In this document: positions 8,960-18,968 of the stretch, piece after piece
How the letters are laid out: each line of letters starts with the position of its first letter
Position numbering within the stretch: the first letter of the stretch is position 1
Assembly (NCBI GenBank): GCA_026397015.1
Contig: JAPLVR010000003.1
Span: forward strand, 128,001-192,000
DNA length: 64,000 nucleotides
DNA from: Candidatus Iainarchaeum sp.
Lineage (GTDB): Archaea; Iainarchaeota; Iainarchaeia; Iainarchaeales; JAAZKV01
Direction of reading: 5' to 3'
Notes under the pieces: generated by a model
Seen by the model: the letters and a program-made list of their open reading frames with translations, nothing else
What the model was told of the DNA's origin: nothing
The model's database searches: none
Position numbers and translations under genes: made by a program

Positions 8960-10501
8960 ATGGATTTTAAGATAGATAACGGGCCGTGGGAAACGATTTT
9001 CGCCGGGAAATTTTATGACAGAGATATTGAAATTGTTTCGAATCCGGAACACCTGTTCCTGATTTTTGCTTATGAGAGTGATGGAAAAGAAAAAATTGGC
9101 GCGCTGGTCGAGGGATACAAGGCATTTACCACGCGCGGAAACATGGAAGCATTCATAGAGACGCTTCCGAAGCCGAGCGTCGGAATAATGAAAAGCCTCG
9201 GCGACAGGACGGTAAAACTGTTTTTCGTTTCGCTTGATTTGGTCTACCTTGATTTTAAACATGAAGACTTCATAAGAAAAATAGACAAACTAATAGCAAA
9301 TGTTTCGGAAATGGGAAGCACAATCTTCGACTTGGCAAGGGCTTCATCGCTCGAATTAAAAGAACTGAGCCTGTCGCCGAAAAACGATTATGAACCGATA
9401 CTCGGCGACCCCTTCACACTGAGACTGCTGGCGGGCGGGGCGGCAAAATCGGTCGAGGGAGAAGAAATGCGGACAAAGGCCGTTGCTGCCGAGGGAAGAA
9501 AGCTTCAAATCGGGCTCACAAAAGAAAGGGAAATGGTCCTTGAGGATGTCGAAAACTTTTCAAGAACGCTGATAATGGCGAACAGTAAAAATGAACAAAA
9601 TTATTCAATGTACATTGTTGCGGAAAACTTTCTGCTTGAGAACTCGCCGCTGCTTATTTTCGACAGCGACGATTACTTTGAAAAATTAAAAGTGCCCTCG
9701 AAAGACGAAATTGGTTTGAAAGAGGCGCTTGTGGAATTCGACCCCATCGGGTTTCCAGTGAAAAAAATGAAGGCAAAAAACGAACTCAGGGTTTCGCTGA
9801 AGGACGCTGACTTTTTACTGCTGCTAAACCTGCTCGGGATAGGAGACCAAGAATTTGAAAAAAAGTTTGCTCTGGCGGCTTCTTCGGCAATGGTTGACAC
9901 GCCTGAAGAGCTTTTGGGAAGAATAGAAAATTCGCCGCCAAGCGATGCAAAAAATTTTGAGAAATTAAAGTTTGGGGAAAACGGCGCCTATTTTGTATCA
10001 GGGCTTACTGATTTTGAAAAACTTAAGGCGGAAAGACTGACAAAAATAATCGAGCAGGAATTCAATAATTTGTTCGGAAAAAGCATCGACCCGAACGAGC
10101 TCATAAGAGATTGGCCGGGCAACCTTGGAAAGGCGACGGTGGTGGACACGAAAAATCTTTCGGGAAAGGAACGGACCATTTTTGAGCAAACAATTTTGCG
10201 CGCCCTATTGAAATCGTTGAAGGGAAAAAACAGGGCTGATTACAAGGTTTTCATTCCGAATGCGGAAGGGCTGTTCGGCGCAATGCCGGAAAAAACGGCG
10301 CCAATAATAATCTCGCTTGAGAACAAGGGAATAGGCTTTGTCTTTGGGATATGCTCGAAAACATTTCCGAGCGATCTGATTGAAACAACAAACGCCAAAA
10401 TAAGCGTCATAGCAAAAAATGATGTCGCGGTTTCAATAAAAAACCAGAGAAACTACCGCGTTCTTTTGAGGCCTTCCCTGAGCGGCGACGCAAAAATTTA
10501 A
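8960..10501 (+). CDS. HerA/VirB4-like (DUF87) ATPase-fold protein with degenerate Walker motifs
   Basis: LQIG...RTLIMANSKNEQNYS...IVAENFLLENSPLLIFD and later YKVFIPNAEGLF, NKGIGFVF follow the HerA motif order, but GKS and DE are absent; likely start MDFKID at 8960. Confidence 0.65.
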   Translation: MDFKIDNGPWETIFAGKFYDRDIEIVSNPEHLFLIFAYESDGKEKIGALVEGYKAFTTRGNMEAFIETLPKPSVGIMKSLGDRTVKLFFVSLDLVYLDFKHEDFIRKIDKLIANVSEMGSTIFDLARASSLELKELSLSPKNDYEPILGDPFTLRLLAGGAAKSVEGEEMRTKAVAAEGRKLQIGLTKEREMVLEDVENFSRTLIMANSKNEQNYSMYIVAENFLLENSPLLIFDSDDYFEKLKVPSKDEIGLKEALVEFDPIGFPVKKMKAKNELRVSLKDADFLLLLNLLGIGDQEFEKKFALAASSAMVDTPEELLGRIENSPPSDAKNFEKLKFGENGAYFVSGLTDFEKLKAERLTKIIEQEFNNLFGKSIDPNELIRDWPGNLGKATVVDTKNLSGKERTIFEQTILRALLKSLKGKNRADYKVFIPNAEGLFGAMPEKTAPIIISLENKGIGFVFGICSKTFPSDLIETTNAKISVIAKNDVAVSIKNQRNYRVLLRPSLSGDAKI

Positions 10502-10618
10502 AAAAAATAAAATTAGTTGGACGGAATTTCAAACAAAATCAGTTTTTTACAATTACCTGCTTCTGCACAACGTCGCTCCAAGGCATCGTATTGTCGCCTT
10601 CGCCCCGGGCTTGTTTTT

Positions 10619-11209
10619 TTATACTGCAAGCAAAAACAAAATTCCCAAAGTATTGCAAACAAAACCTATTATTGCGAGGTCGCGCGCCTTCAAATCTGTG
10701 AGCCCCGCAAGCAGGACAACGCCGGCTTCATCGGGAAGGGGGGAAGCGATCAAAATAAACGCAAAGGCGAAGGACAAATAACTAAGCAATTTTTTTCCCA
10801 AAATTTTTCCCGCAAAGCCATTCAACCGCCTGACTGCCCACTCCTTTCGTACGCCCTCGAATTCATCGCGAAAAGAAACCCTGATGAAGCGGAAAATTAT
10901 GAGGTCGGAAATGAGCGCGCCAAGACCGCCAAAAACTGCGGCAATAAAAATATTTTTTGGAATGGCTTCAAGAAAAAATGCCGCAGAAAATGGAGCGGTA
11001 AAGCCGAAAGCGAAAAATATTCCCGCAATAAAGCTCCCTAAATAACTCAGTTCACCGAGATGGCTGACAAAAAAACCAACGTCCCTGTTTTGCAGCAAAA
11101 AATACGCCGCCAAAATAGCAAGACAGAAAACCAAGAGCTTTGGGTATTTGAAATGAATGAAAAAAAAATTTCTTGCGAATTTTTTGTTTTTCTCAGCCAT
11201 AAAAACCAA
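10619..11209 (-). CDS. Integral membrane protein (DedA/VTT-like)
   Basis: Multiple TM segments; GGLGALISD and SPLPDE motifs. Confidence 0.65.
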   Translation of the reverse strand: MVFMAEKNKKFARNFFFIHFKYPKLLVFCLAILAAYFLLQNRDVGFFVSHLGELSYLGSFIAGIFFAFGFTAPFSAAFFLEAIPKNIFIAAVFGGLGALISDLIIFRFIRVSFRDEFEGVRKEWAVRRLNGFAGKILGKKLLSYLSFAFAFILIASPLPDEAGVVLLAGLTDLKARDLAIIGFVCNTLGILFLLAV

Positions 11210-11273
11210 GACAATTGATTTTAGAAATCATTTTAAACTCATTCTGCCCTCACTCTTTGTAAAAGTGGCCGGC

Positions 11274-12245
11274 ATGCACATAATAGAAACAAAAAATCTC
11301 ACAAAAAAATACGGGAAAGAAGTTCTCGCGGTGGATAACTTAAACCTCGAAGTAAAAGAGGGTGAAATTTTCGGTTTGCTCGGACCGAACGGTGCGGGAA
11401 AAACGACCACTCTCATGATGCTCACCACCCTTCGGCCGCCGACTTCGGGAACGGCAAAAATAAACGGCTTTGACATCATAAAAGAGCCGCACAAAGTCAG
11501 GAAATCAATCGGAATTGTTTTTCAGGATCCGAGTTCGGATGAAATTCTTACAGGCTATGAAAATCTGAAATTGCACGGGCTGCTTTACGATATGCCGAAG
11601 GAACTGATGGAAAAAAGAATCAGTGAGGTATTGAAGCTGGTTGATTTGGAGAAGAGAAAAAATGATGTCGTGAAAAAATATTCCGGAGGAATGAGAAGAA
11701 GATTGGAATTGGCACGCGGCTTGATGCACCGCCCAAAAATTCTTTTCATGGACGAACCGACTCTGGGTTTGGACCCGCAGTCGAGAGAACATATCTGGAA
11801 GTACATTGAAAAATTGGCAAAGGAAAACAAAATGACAATAATAATCACAACGCATTACATGGACGAGGCGGACAAATTGTGCGACAGGCTTGCGATAATT
11901 GACGCGGGAAAAATTGTCGTGCTGAATTCTCCGAAAGAACTGAAAAAAGAGTTGGGCGGCGACGTAATAAAAATAAAAACAAAAAAATTAAACGCCAATG
12001 CGCTAAAAAAATTAAAGTATGTGAAAAAAATACAGAAAAGCGGCGGCGAATACTGTTTAACCGTAAAAGACGCGAGCACGCACCTGCAGGAAATACTGAA
12101 GGGGACAGGCAAAATTGATTCTGTTGAAATTCATTCCCCAACATTAGACGATGTATTTTTACATTACACTGGAAAAGCGATAAGAGAGGATTCGCCGGAA
12201 GGCGGATGGGCGCAAAAAGCGATGAACATGAAGACAAAAAAATAA
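11274..12245 (+). CDS. ABC transporter ATP-binding protein (DrrA-like)
   Basis: GPNGAGKT, YSGGM, ILFMDEPT, TTH; likely start MHIIETK at 11274. Confidence 0.95.
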   Translation: MHIIETKNLTKKYGKEVLAVDNLNLEVKEGEIFGLLGPNGAGKTTTLMMLTTLRPPTSGTAKINGFDIIKEPHKVRKSIGIVFQDPSSDEILTGYENLKLHGLLYDMPKELMEKRISEVLKLVDLEKRKNDVVKKYSGGMRRRLELARGLMHRPKILFMDEPTLGLDPQSREHIWKYIEKLAKENKMTIIITTHYMDEADKLCDRLAIIDAGKIVVLNSPKELKKELGGDVIKIKTKKLNANALKKLKYVKKIQKSGGEYCLTVKDASTHLQEILKGTGKIDSVEIHSPTLDDVFLHYTGKAIREDSPEGGWAQKAMNMKTKK

Positions 12246-12394
12246 AAAAAACAATAAAACAAAAACAAAATAAAAAAAATTGAAAAAAGCAAAAATAATG
12301 ATGAAAAAATAAAAGAAACAAATTTGAAAAAAATAAAGACAGAAAAATGGAAAAAAGGATTTGAAAAATCAAAAATATTTTTAAAGGTGAAAAA

Positions 12395-13165
12395 ATGGGC
12401 GAATTAAAGGGGATTTATGCGCTATGGTACAGGGAGTTCAAAGTATTCCAAAGGGAAAAGTCAAGGGTAATAGCTTCAATAATCAGTCCGATACTGTGGT
12501 TCCTTGTAATAGGCGGGGGAATAGGTTCGTTCGTTTCGCTCAACGGATTAAATTATCAGGCATTCATTTTTCCGGGCGTCCTTATGCAAGCGGCGCTGTT
12601 CTCATCGGTATTTTTCGGGGTCTACATTGTTTGGGACAAAAAAATAGATTTTTTGAAGGAAGTTTTGGTGGCGCCGCTTTCAAGAACGTCAATATTTATC
12701 GGAAAAATTCTCGGGGGCGCTACAGACACCCTGATTCAAATTGTAATACTTCTTGCAGTCGGCTACGCATTCACAGCAAGCGGGATGCTCATAGGGCTTA
12801 ATTTCAGTTTATTTTCGGTGCTGCTCTCAATGGCAATTCTTTTCATCGCAATTGTCGGGCTGGTAAGTATTGGGCTCATAATTGGTTCGCAAATGGAAAG
12901 CCCCGAAGGATTTCAATTGATAATGAGTTTCCTCGTGTTCCCGCTGTTCTTTCTTTCGGGCGCGCTGTTCCCAATAAATAATCTGCCCGCATGGATGGCG
13001 CCAATTGTTTTTGTTAATCCTGTAACTTATGCAGTTGATGGATTAAGATGGGCACTGCTGGGCTCTTCGACCTTCCCGTTGATTCTCGATATCGCGGTAA
13101 TCAGCGTATTCTCAATAATAATGGTTGGAATCGGAACCTACGCATTCAAGAAGATGAAGCTGTAA
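12395..13165 (+). CDS. ABC-2 type permease (DrrB-like)
   Basis: Six TM segments; FLSGALFP, NPVTYAVDGLR; AGGTGA RBS. Confidence 0.93.
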   Translation: MGELKGIYALWYREFKVFQREKSRVIASIISPILWFLVIGGGIGSFVSLNGLNYQAFIFPGVLMQAALFSSVFFGVYIVWDKKIDFLKEVLVAPLSRTSIFIGKILGGATDTLIQIVILLAVGYAFTASGMLIGLNFSLFSVLLSMAILFIAIVGLVSIGLIIGSQMESPEGFQLIMSFLVFPLFFLSGALFPINNLPAWMAPIVFVNPVTYAVDGLRWALLGSSTFPLILDIAVISVFSIIMVGIGTYAFKKMKL

Positions 13166-13190
13166 AACAAATAATCTTTTTTAATATTCA

Positions 13191-13261
13191 TTTTTTCGCC
13201 AGCCTTTTTCGAAAAAGGGCTGTGCCGAAGGCATTTTCGCCGGCCTTTTTTAAAAGGCCGA
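13191..13261. repeat. Palindromic repeat (TTTTCGCCRGCCTTTT..AAAAGGCYG), two copies abutting the tRNA-Ser 3' end
   Basis: Near-identical to 19990..20078; same unit next to tRNA-Arg, -Met and -Glu. Confidence 0.8.
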
Positions 13262-13345
13262 CGCGGAGGAAGGGATTCGAACCCCCGCTTCCTTTCGGAA
13301 ACGTGCTTTCGAGGCACGCGCATTGGACCGCTCTGCCACCTCCGC
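13262..13345 (-). tRNA. tRNA-Ser(CGA)
   Basis: GCGGAGG/CCTCCGC acceptor, CGTGC-CTCGAAA-GCACG anticodon arm, long variable arm, GGTTCGAATCC. Confidence 0.95.
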
Positions 13346-13525
13346 ACAGCCTTTTTCAAAGGCTGGCGAAAAAATCTATCTTCGCTGATGTGGCAAACCC
13401 GAGGTTTGTCACACGTCGCAAAAGCTTTGAGCTTTTGCTTAGTGCTCGATAGATTTTGCTCCGCAAAAGCCCTTTAAAGGCTGACAAAAAATTGTTCACT
13501 TCGCAAACGTGCCTTTGGCACTAAC
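13346..13525 (-). repeat. Structured repeat in the tRNA-Ser leader (ATCGAGC..GCGAAGAT motif plus hairpins)
   Basis: tctatcttcgc...gctcgataga at 13375..13453 encloses two hairpins; agcctttttcaaaggctggcgaaaa lies next to the tRNA. Confidence 0.75.
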
Positions 13526-13579
13526 CAAAAAATTATCAATAAAAGAAATTAAAAAGCGAGGGTGCGGCGCCGGAAAGAA

Positions 13580-14221
13580 TTATTTCAGTTTTTTGAGGGT
13601 TTCCTTCGCTTTCCCAACCTTGCAGACCAGTATAATCGTATCGTCTTCGCGAATTTTCCTTTCCGGTTCGAAATGGTAAGCTCCCTCGGAAAAGGTTGCG
13701 AGCGCAAAGTAATCCTTGTCCCTTACTTCCTCTATCTTTTTCCCGACGGCCTTTGTTTCCTTGGCATGAATTTCGGTCATATCCATTTGGCCCTGGTCGA
13801 GATTGATTAAGTCATAAACTTTCGGGCGCGTTATCATCAATTCCGCGTTTTTCATTGCAAGGTTTTCCATATTTATCGGGAACATTCCAAGCTTCCTCAG
13901 GATCGGCACAGTTTTCTCGGTGGAGGTTCTGACAAAAATTTGCTTAACACCTGCATCGCGCGCATAAAGTGCGACGAGCACATTTGTTTCTTCAACATCT
14001 GTAGCGGCAACAAATACTTCGCACTGGTCAAGCTTTAACTCGTCAAGTGCTTCCGTGTCGCCGTAATCCGCGCTGATTACAATCGCATTGGTTTCGGCGC
14101 TGACTTGGGTGGCTCTCTGCTTTTCCTCAATAAAAAAAGTTACCTTGTTGTTGCTCTGCTGAAGCAGCGCTTTCCCAAGCTCAAGAGCAAATTCGGTCGC
14201 ACCGACAATAACAATCCTCAT
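13580..14221 (-). CDS. trkA: Trk system potassium uptake regulatory subunit
   Basis: RCK N- and C-domains (MRIVIVG, FVAATD..ETN, IREDDTIIL); adjacent to trkH. Confidence 0.88.
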   Translation of the reverse strand: MRIVIVGATEFALELGKALLQQSNNKVTFFIEEKQRATQVSAETNAIVISADYGDTEALDELKLDQCEVFVAATDVEETNVLVALYARDAGVKQIFVRTSTEKTVPILRKLGMFPINMENLAMKNAELMITRPKVYDLINLDQGQMDMTEIHAKETKAVGKKIEEVRDKDYFALATFSEGAYHFEPERKIREDDTIILVCKVGKAKETLKKLK

Positions 14222-14257
14222 CCAACCCGCCCCCCAAAAAAACCTATTTTCCTTAAA

Positions 14258-15718
14258 TCAAATCCTGCTTATCGGCGAAAGGAAGCCCCTTATGAGGACC
14301 AATACAGGAATTATTTCCATCCTTCCTATCAACATATGGAGGCTCAGCAATATTTTTAAAACCGGAGCCATTAGATACCAAGCATCACCGCTGACCATGC
14401 TTAAACCAACGTTTCCTTGTGCTGAGGCAACTGTGAAGACCGATTCAATCACAGGAAACCCGTAAAACATAAAGATAATGCTTCCTGCTAAAAGGAAAAA
14501 TATGTAAAGGCAGATGTATGAAAGGGCGCCGAGAGCTTCCTCTCTCTTCAAAACCTTGTCGCCTATTTTTATCGGGACAATTGCGCCCTTCGGAAGCAGA
14601 GCCTTCAGGATTCCCCTCCTGACCACTTTAATTACTATTAAAATACGCCAAATTTTGAGAGCCCCGCCGGTTGAACCGTAGCATGAACCGGCAATCATCA
14701 ACAAAATTAAGACGACAATAGAAACGCTCGGCAGGGCATTGACCGCGGTCAGCGTGTTTGCTCCCGTCGTGGTAATTGCCGAAATTGCGTAAAAAAATCC
14801 GTCAAAGAAAAGGCTCTTGTTAAAGATAATTAAGTCAAGTGCAATCAGGGCAAAGCCGCCCAGAGTCAAAAGAAAATAAGTTGCAACTTCCGGGTTTGTA
14901 AAAAATTTTTTTATTTTTCCGCTCAAAAGGTCCTTGTGGGAAACAAACCCTATTCCCCCCAAAAGCATCAGGAGGCACATTACCACCAACGCATTTATTC
15001 CGAAAACACCAGGGCCTTGCGAGACGCTTGAAAACCCGCCGGTCGCAAGCGAAGTAAAAGTGTGGAAAACGGAATCGTAAAATGACATTCCAGTTAAAAG
15101 AAATAAAACTGTTCCAAGAACGGTGTAAATCAAATAAATTCCGATAATCATCCGCGCAATTTTTGTGACGCTCACATAAAAATCTTCGTTCCTTCCTTCT
15201 GCAAGGAAAAGTTCGTGTGCGGTTTTCGGGTTCTCATAAAACATAAGGGCCATTACGACAACTCCAAAGCCGCCCGCCCACTGGGTAAAGGCACGCCAAA
15301 AGTTGAGGCTCATAGGCAACTGCTCAGGAAAAGGCACCATTGTAAGACCTGTGGTTGACCATCCGGAAATGCTCTCAAACAAAGCATCAACCCATGAGAT
15401 GTTATGCAAAACAAAAGGAATTGCAGAAATTATCCATATCACAATCCAAACCGCCGCAATTGAAACTAATGCATGCCTGAACTCGCAGGTTTCCGCCTTC
15501 AACAGGCGCCTTACAACAGTAAAAACACCCGTTAGGACGAGCGCCATCAAGCCAAAAATTATTACAAATTTGGTTTCGCCGTAAAAGAGCGCAACAAGCA
15601 TCGGAATAATTATCAGAACGCCGAAGACGCGGAGCATATTGGAAATTATTTGCAAAAGGATAAGCAAATCCTCCAGCTTAAGCTCACTAATCCACGGCAG
15701 CTTCATAAAAACCCACAC
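14258..15718 (-). CDS. trkH: Trk system potassium uptake membrane protein
   Basis: FESISGWSTTG, QWAGGFG, LATGGFS, GSTGG, GNVG, GRMEI. Confidence 0.95.
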   Translation of the reverse strand: MWVFMKLPWISELKLEDLLILLQIISNMLRVFGVLIIIPMLVALFYGETKFVIIFGLMALVLTGVFTVVRRLLKAETCEFRHALVSIAAVWIVIWIISAIPFVLHNISWVDALFESISGWSTTGLTMVPFPEQLPMSLNFWRAFTQWAGGFGVVVMALMFYENPKTAHELFLAEGRNEDFYVSVTKIARMIIGIYLIYTVLGTVLFLLTGMSFYDSVFHTFTSLATGGFSSVSQGPGVFGINALVVMCLLMLLGGIGFVSHKDLLSGKIKKFFTNPEVATYFLLTLGGFALIALDLIIFNKSLFFDGFFYAISAITTTGANTLTAVNALPSVSIVVLILLMIAGSCYGSTGGALKIWRILIVIKVVRRGILKALLPKGAIVPIKIGDKVLKREEALGALSYICLYIFFLLAGSIIFMFYGFPVIESVFTVASAQGNVGLSMVSGDAWYLMAPVLKILLSLHMLIGRMEIIPVLVLIRGFLSPISRI

Positions 15719-15799
15719 AACAAAATCAAAAAATAACTAACCCCACACAAAAAATAAAAATTAAAAATAAAAACAACTAAATGTGCAAATAAATCGCAT

Positions 15800-16321
15800 C
15801 TAAAAATCGCTCGACTGAGACTGCCCTCTTGAAGGGAACTGTTCTTTTTTCTTCAGCTCTTCCATTCTTTTGTCAATCAAATCACGAACTTGCGAAAGGG
15901 TCGCAAACTCGAGCGGATTAATCGAATCAATCACATACTTCAGTTCTTTTACTTCCTCTTTTGTCGCCGTCCTGCCCCTGAAATCCTCGAGCACCATTTC
16001 AAGAGCGGAAACCTTTTCGCTTAAAGCACCCAGTTCCGCGGAAGAAACCCCGCCCTGCGTGCCCTGCATCTGGTTCTCAACAATTTTGTCGCTCAGGGAC
16101 TTTATTTTTTTATTTAAAACGATAAGGTTTCGGCCAAGAATTTTTTCATTTCTTACCAAGTATTTCATTTTTTGGGTTATAAGAAGAATGCTTGAATTGA
16201 GCGCGCGGATGTCGTCGCGTATATTTCCCACGGGCATCTGGCTGCCGGCTGCCTGCGGCGCCATTCCCTGCTGCACCGCCTGCTGCTGTTGGGCGCGCAT
16301 TGCTCTTTCCGGCCTTGGCAC
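15800..16321 (-). CDS. Hypothetical coiled-coil protein
   Basis: ORF track gives 15800..16528, but the upstream part overlaps polB; GTG at 16321 or ATG at 16300 is more plausible; ELKYVIDSINPLEFAT block. Confidence 0.7.
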   Translation of the reverse strand: MPRPERAMRAQQQQAVQQGMAPQAAGSQMPVGNIRDDIRALNSSILLITQKMKYLVRNEKILGRNLIVLNKKIKSLSDKIVENQMQGTQGGVSSAELGALSEKVSALEMVLEDFRGRTATKEEVKELKYVIDSINPLEFATLSQVRDLIDKRMEELKKKEQFPSRGQSQSSDF

Positions 16322-16395
16322 AAAATCACTAACCCGCCAGCGGCAAAAAGCCTTGGCTATTATTAAATAGATATTGATACTTAAAAATGTATTGT

Positions 16396-18909
16396 ATGCC
16401 CAAAGCCGTTTCCGAACATAAAAAAAATTCCAAGGGCGAAAAGGAGCCCGTAAAGGGAAAGGTTGAAATGAAAAAAGGGCTGCTTCTCGACGCAAGTTAT
16501 TTTGACGACGAAGAAAAAGGAAAATCAATAATAAAACTTTTCATCAAAATCGGCAAAAAAGGCGGGAAAAAAAATGCGCCCCGCAGATGGTTTTTCGACA
16601 GCGAATTTAGGCCGCACTTTTTCGTTCTTTCAGGCAAAGCCAATGCGGAAAAAACAATAAAAGAGCTTGAGGGGCTTGAGCTCGGCGACGAAGAAAAGTT
16701 CAGGATTTTCAGGGCTGAAAAAACAAGCCTGCGTGCATGGGGGCGAAATGAAACAAACGCAGTAAAGGTTTCATTCGACAAAGTAAGCCACCTCGTTCAG
16801 GCGAGAAAATTGTTGAAAGATTTGGGCTTTGAAATATTCGAGTATGATGTGCCCTTTGGGAAAAGGTATTTGCTGGACAAAAGATTGAATCCGTGTGGTT
16901 TTGTCGATATTGAATTTGAGCCCGCCTCAAACGAAATAAAAAAAATAACCCCTTCAAATGAAATCGTTGAACCGATGAGGGATATTGAGGCGATTGCATT
17001 TGATTTGGAAACATATTGCGGAAAAAAATTTGCAATAGGCGCGGAGCCGATAATAATGGCTTCCATGGCGGACATGAGGGAAGAACTTGGAAGAGTAATT
17101 TCATACAAAACAAAAAAAGTAAAGGGATTGGAACTGGTTGAGTCGGAGGAAAAAGTGATAAACGAAATCGAAAAAGGGTTGAATGAAGCGGATTTAATTG
17201 TCACCTACAACGGGGATAATTTTGATTTTCATTATGTAAAAGAAAGGGCGAAAAAGCTCGGCGCGGAATTCAAAATCAACGGTGTCGAGCCGCGGATAAT
17301 CAGGAAGGGGCTGGACAATGCGGCAAAACTGAGCGGGGTGCAGCACATCGACTCCTACCAAATAATGCGCTTTCTTCAGCGCACTGGCGCGATTCACATA
17401 GTGAAACTGGACATTGAAAACGTTTCGGAAAAAGTTTTCGGGGAGAAAAAGGAAAAAGTTTATCCTCTTGAGCTGAATGAGGCGTGGGAAAACGGAAAAG
17501 GCTTGGAAAGGATGGTTGATTACAATCTGAAGGATTCAATCGTCGCAATGAAAATTGCGAAAGAGTACCTGCCTTTGTTCATGGAAATTTCCAAACTCAC
17601 CTCACAAACGCTGTTTGATACCACAAGAAGCGCGACTTCCTCAATGGTTGAGGATTTGCTGATGAAGGAAGCGCACCACAAGGGCTTCGTTGCGCCGAAC
17701 AAACCGAACGAATTCGAGGTGCGGGAAAGAATCGAGAACCCGATAAAGGGCGCTTTTGTGAAGGAACCGTTGGTTGGATTGCATGAAAACATCGCGGTTC
17801 TTGATTTCGCCTCGCTTTACCCGAGCATAATTGTTTCGCACAACATCAGCCCCGAAACATTGAATTGCGAACATGAGGAATGCAAAAAAAATGTTTCTCC
17901 CGACGGAACGTGGTTCTGCAAAAAGGAAAAAGGATTGTTTCCGGAAGTTTTGGGAGGGCTGGTGACGGAAAGAATAAAATTGAAAAGGGAATATGGCAGA
18001 AAGAAAGCGGGCGGAGAAGAGGCAAAGGTTTTGTTCTCGAGCCAGTGGGCGCTGAAAATCGTTCTCAATTCCGCTTACGGATATTTGGCGTATCCAAGGG
18101 CGAGGTGGTATTCGAGGGAGTGCGCCTCTGCGATTACAGCATGGGCTAGAAATTATATACACGAAACAATCAGGAAAGCTGGCGAAGCGGATTTTGAAGT
18201 CCTTTATACGGACACAGATTCCACATTCCTCCTAATGAAAAGGAAAACAAAAAGGGATGTTGAAGAATTTGTAGAGAAAATAAATAAGGAACTGCCGGGA
18301 AATATGGAGCTCGAGGTGGACGGATATTATAGAAGGGGGATTTTTGTTACGCGAAGAAAAAAAGAAGGGGGCGTTGCGAAAAAGAGATACGCGCTGATGG
18401 ACGAGAAAGGAAATCTGAAAATAGTCGGCTTTGAGTATGTGAGAAGGGATTGGTGCAACATTGCAAAGGAAACACAGCGCACCGTAATTGACATGGTCCT
18501 GCATGAAGGAGATTCTTCAAAGGCGGCCGATTATGTGAGAAAAGTAATAAAAGATTTGAAGAGCGGAAAAGTTCCGAAGAAAGAGTTGGCAATAATAACA
18601 ATGCTGAAAAGAAAAGTCGACAGTTACGATGCGAAGGAACCGCATGTAAGCGCGGCAAAAAAAGCAATTGCGCAAGGGACGGAAATTGAAGTCGGAACAA
18701 TTCTTTCATATGTAATTACAAAAAACGGGAAAAGCATTTCGGACAGGGCGGAGCTGGAAGAATTTGTGGAAGAAGGAAACTACGATGCGGATTACTACAT
18801 TCAAAACCAGGTTCTGCCTGCTGTGATAAAAATAATGGAAGAATTGGGTTACTCCAAAGAAGATTTGATTCACGGCGGAAAACAGACAGGGTTAAACACT
18901 TGGGGATAA
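16396..18909 (+). CDS. polB: Family B DNA polymerase
   Basis: Exo motifs FDLE, YNGDNFD, YNLKD; pol motifs DFASLYPS, K..LNSAYG, YTDTDS, KKRY; start uncertain (16387/16396/16468). Confidence 0.97.
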   Translation: MPKAVSEHKKNSKGEKEPVKGKVEMKKGLLLDASYFDDEEKGKSIIKLFIKIGKKGGKKNAPRRWFFDSEFRPHFFVLSGKANAEKTIKELEGLELGDEEKFRIFRAEKTSLRAWGRNETNAVKVSFDKVSHLVQARKLLKDLGFEIFEYDVPFGKRYLLDKRLNPCGFVDIEFEPASNEIKKITPSNEIVEPMRDIEAIAFDLETYCGKKFAIGAEPIIMASMADMREELGRVISYKTKKVKGLELVESEEKVINEIEKGLNEADLIVTYNGDNFDFHYVKERAKKLGAEFKINGVEPRIIRKGLDNAAKLSGVQHIDSYQIMRFLQRTGAIHIVKLDIENVSEKVFGEKKEKVYPLELNEAWENGKGLERMVDYNLKDSIVAMKIAKEYLPLFMEISKLTSQTLFDTTRSATSSMVEDLLMKEAHHKGFVAPNKPNEFEVRERIENPIKGAFVKEPLVGLHENIAVLDFASLYPSIIVSHNISPETLNCEHEECKKNVSPDGTWFCKKEKGLFPEVLGGLVTERIKLKREYGRKKAGGEEAKVLFSSQWALKIVLNSAYGYLAYPRARWYSRECASAITAWARNYIHETIRKAGEADFEVLYTDTDSTFLLMKRKTKRDVEEFVEKINKELPGNMELEVDGYYRRGIFVTRRKKEGGVAKKRYALMDEKGNLKIVGFEYVRRDWCNIAKETQRTVIDMVLHEGDSSKAADYVRKVIKDLKSGKVPKKELAIITMLKRKVDSYDAKEPHVSAAKKAIAQGTEIEVGTILSYVITKNGKSISDRAELEEFVEEGNYDADYYIQNQVLPAVIKIMEELGYSKEDLIHGGKQTGLNTWG

Positions 18910-18968
18910 ATTGGAAAAAAAGAAACCACCAACTAAACCTTTTTAATTGTTCTAATCTCAAATCACTA

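Noticed and set aside
10517-11041. 174-aa plus-strand ORF and the many other short antisense ORFs in the track
   Set aside because: Shadow frames of better-supported genes on the opposite strand.
13048-13452. ORFs over tRNA/repeat regions (also 19862..20231, 27009..27215, 34549..34785)
   Set aside because: They are translations of tRNA or repeat DNA with no protein-like features.
16396-18909. Intein or inactivation in PolB
   Set aside because: Normal length with all exonuclease and polymerase motifs contiguous.
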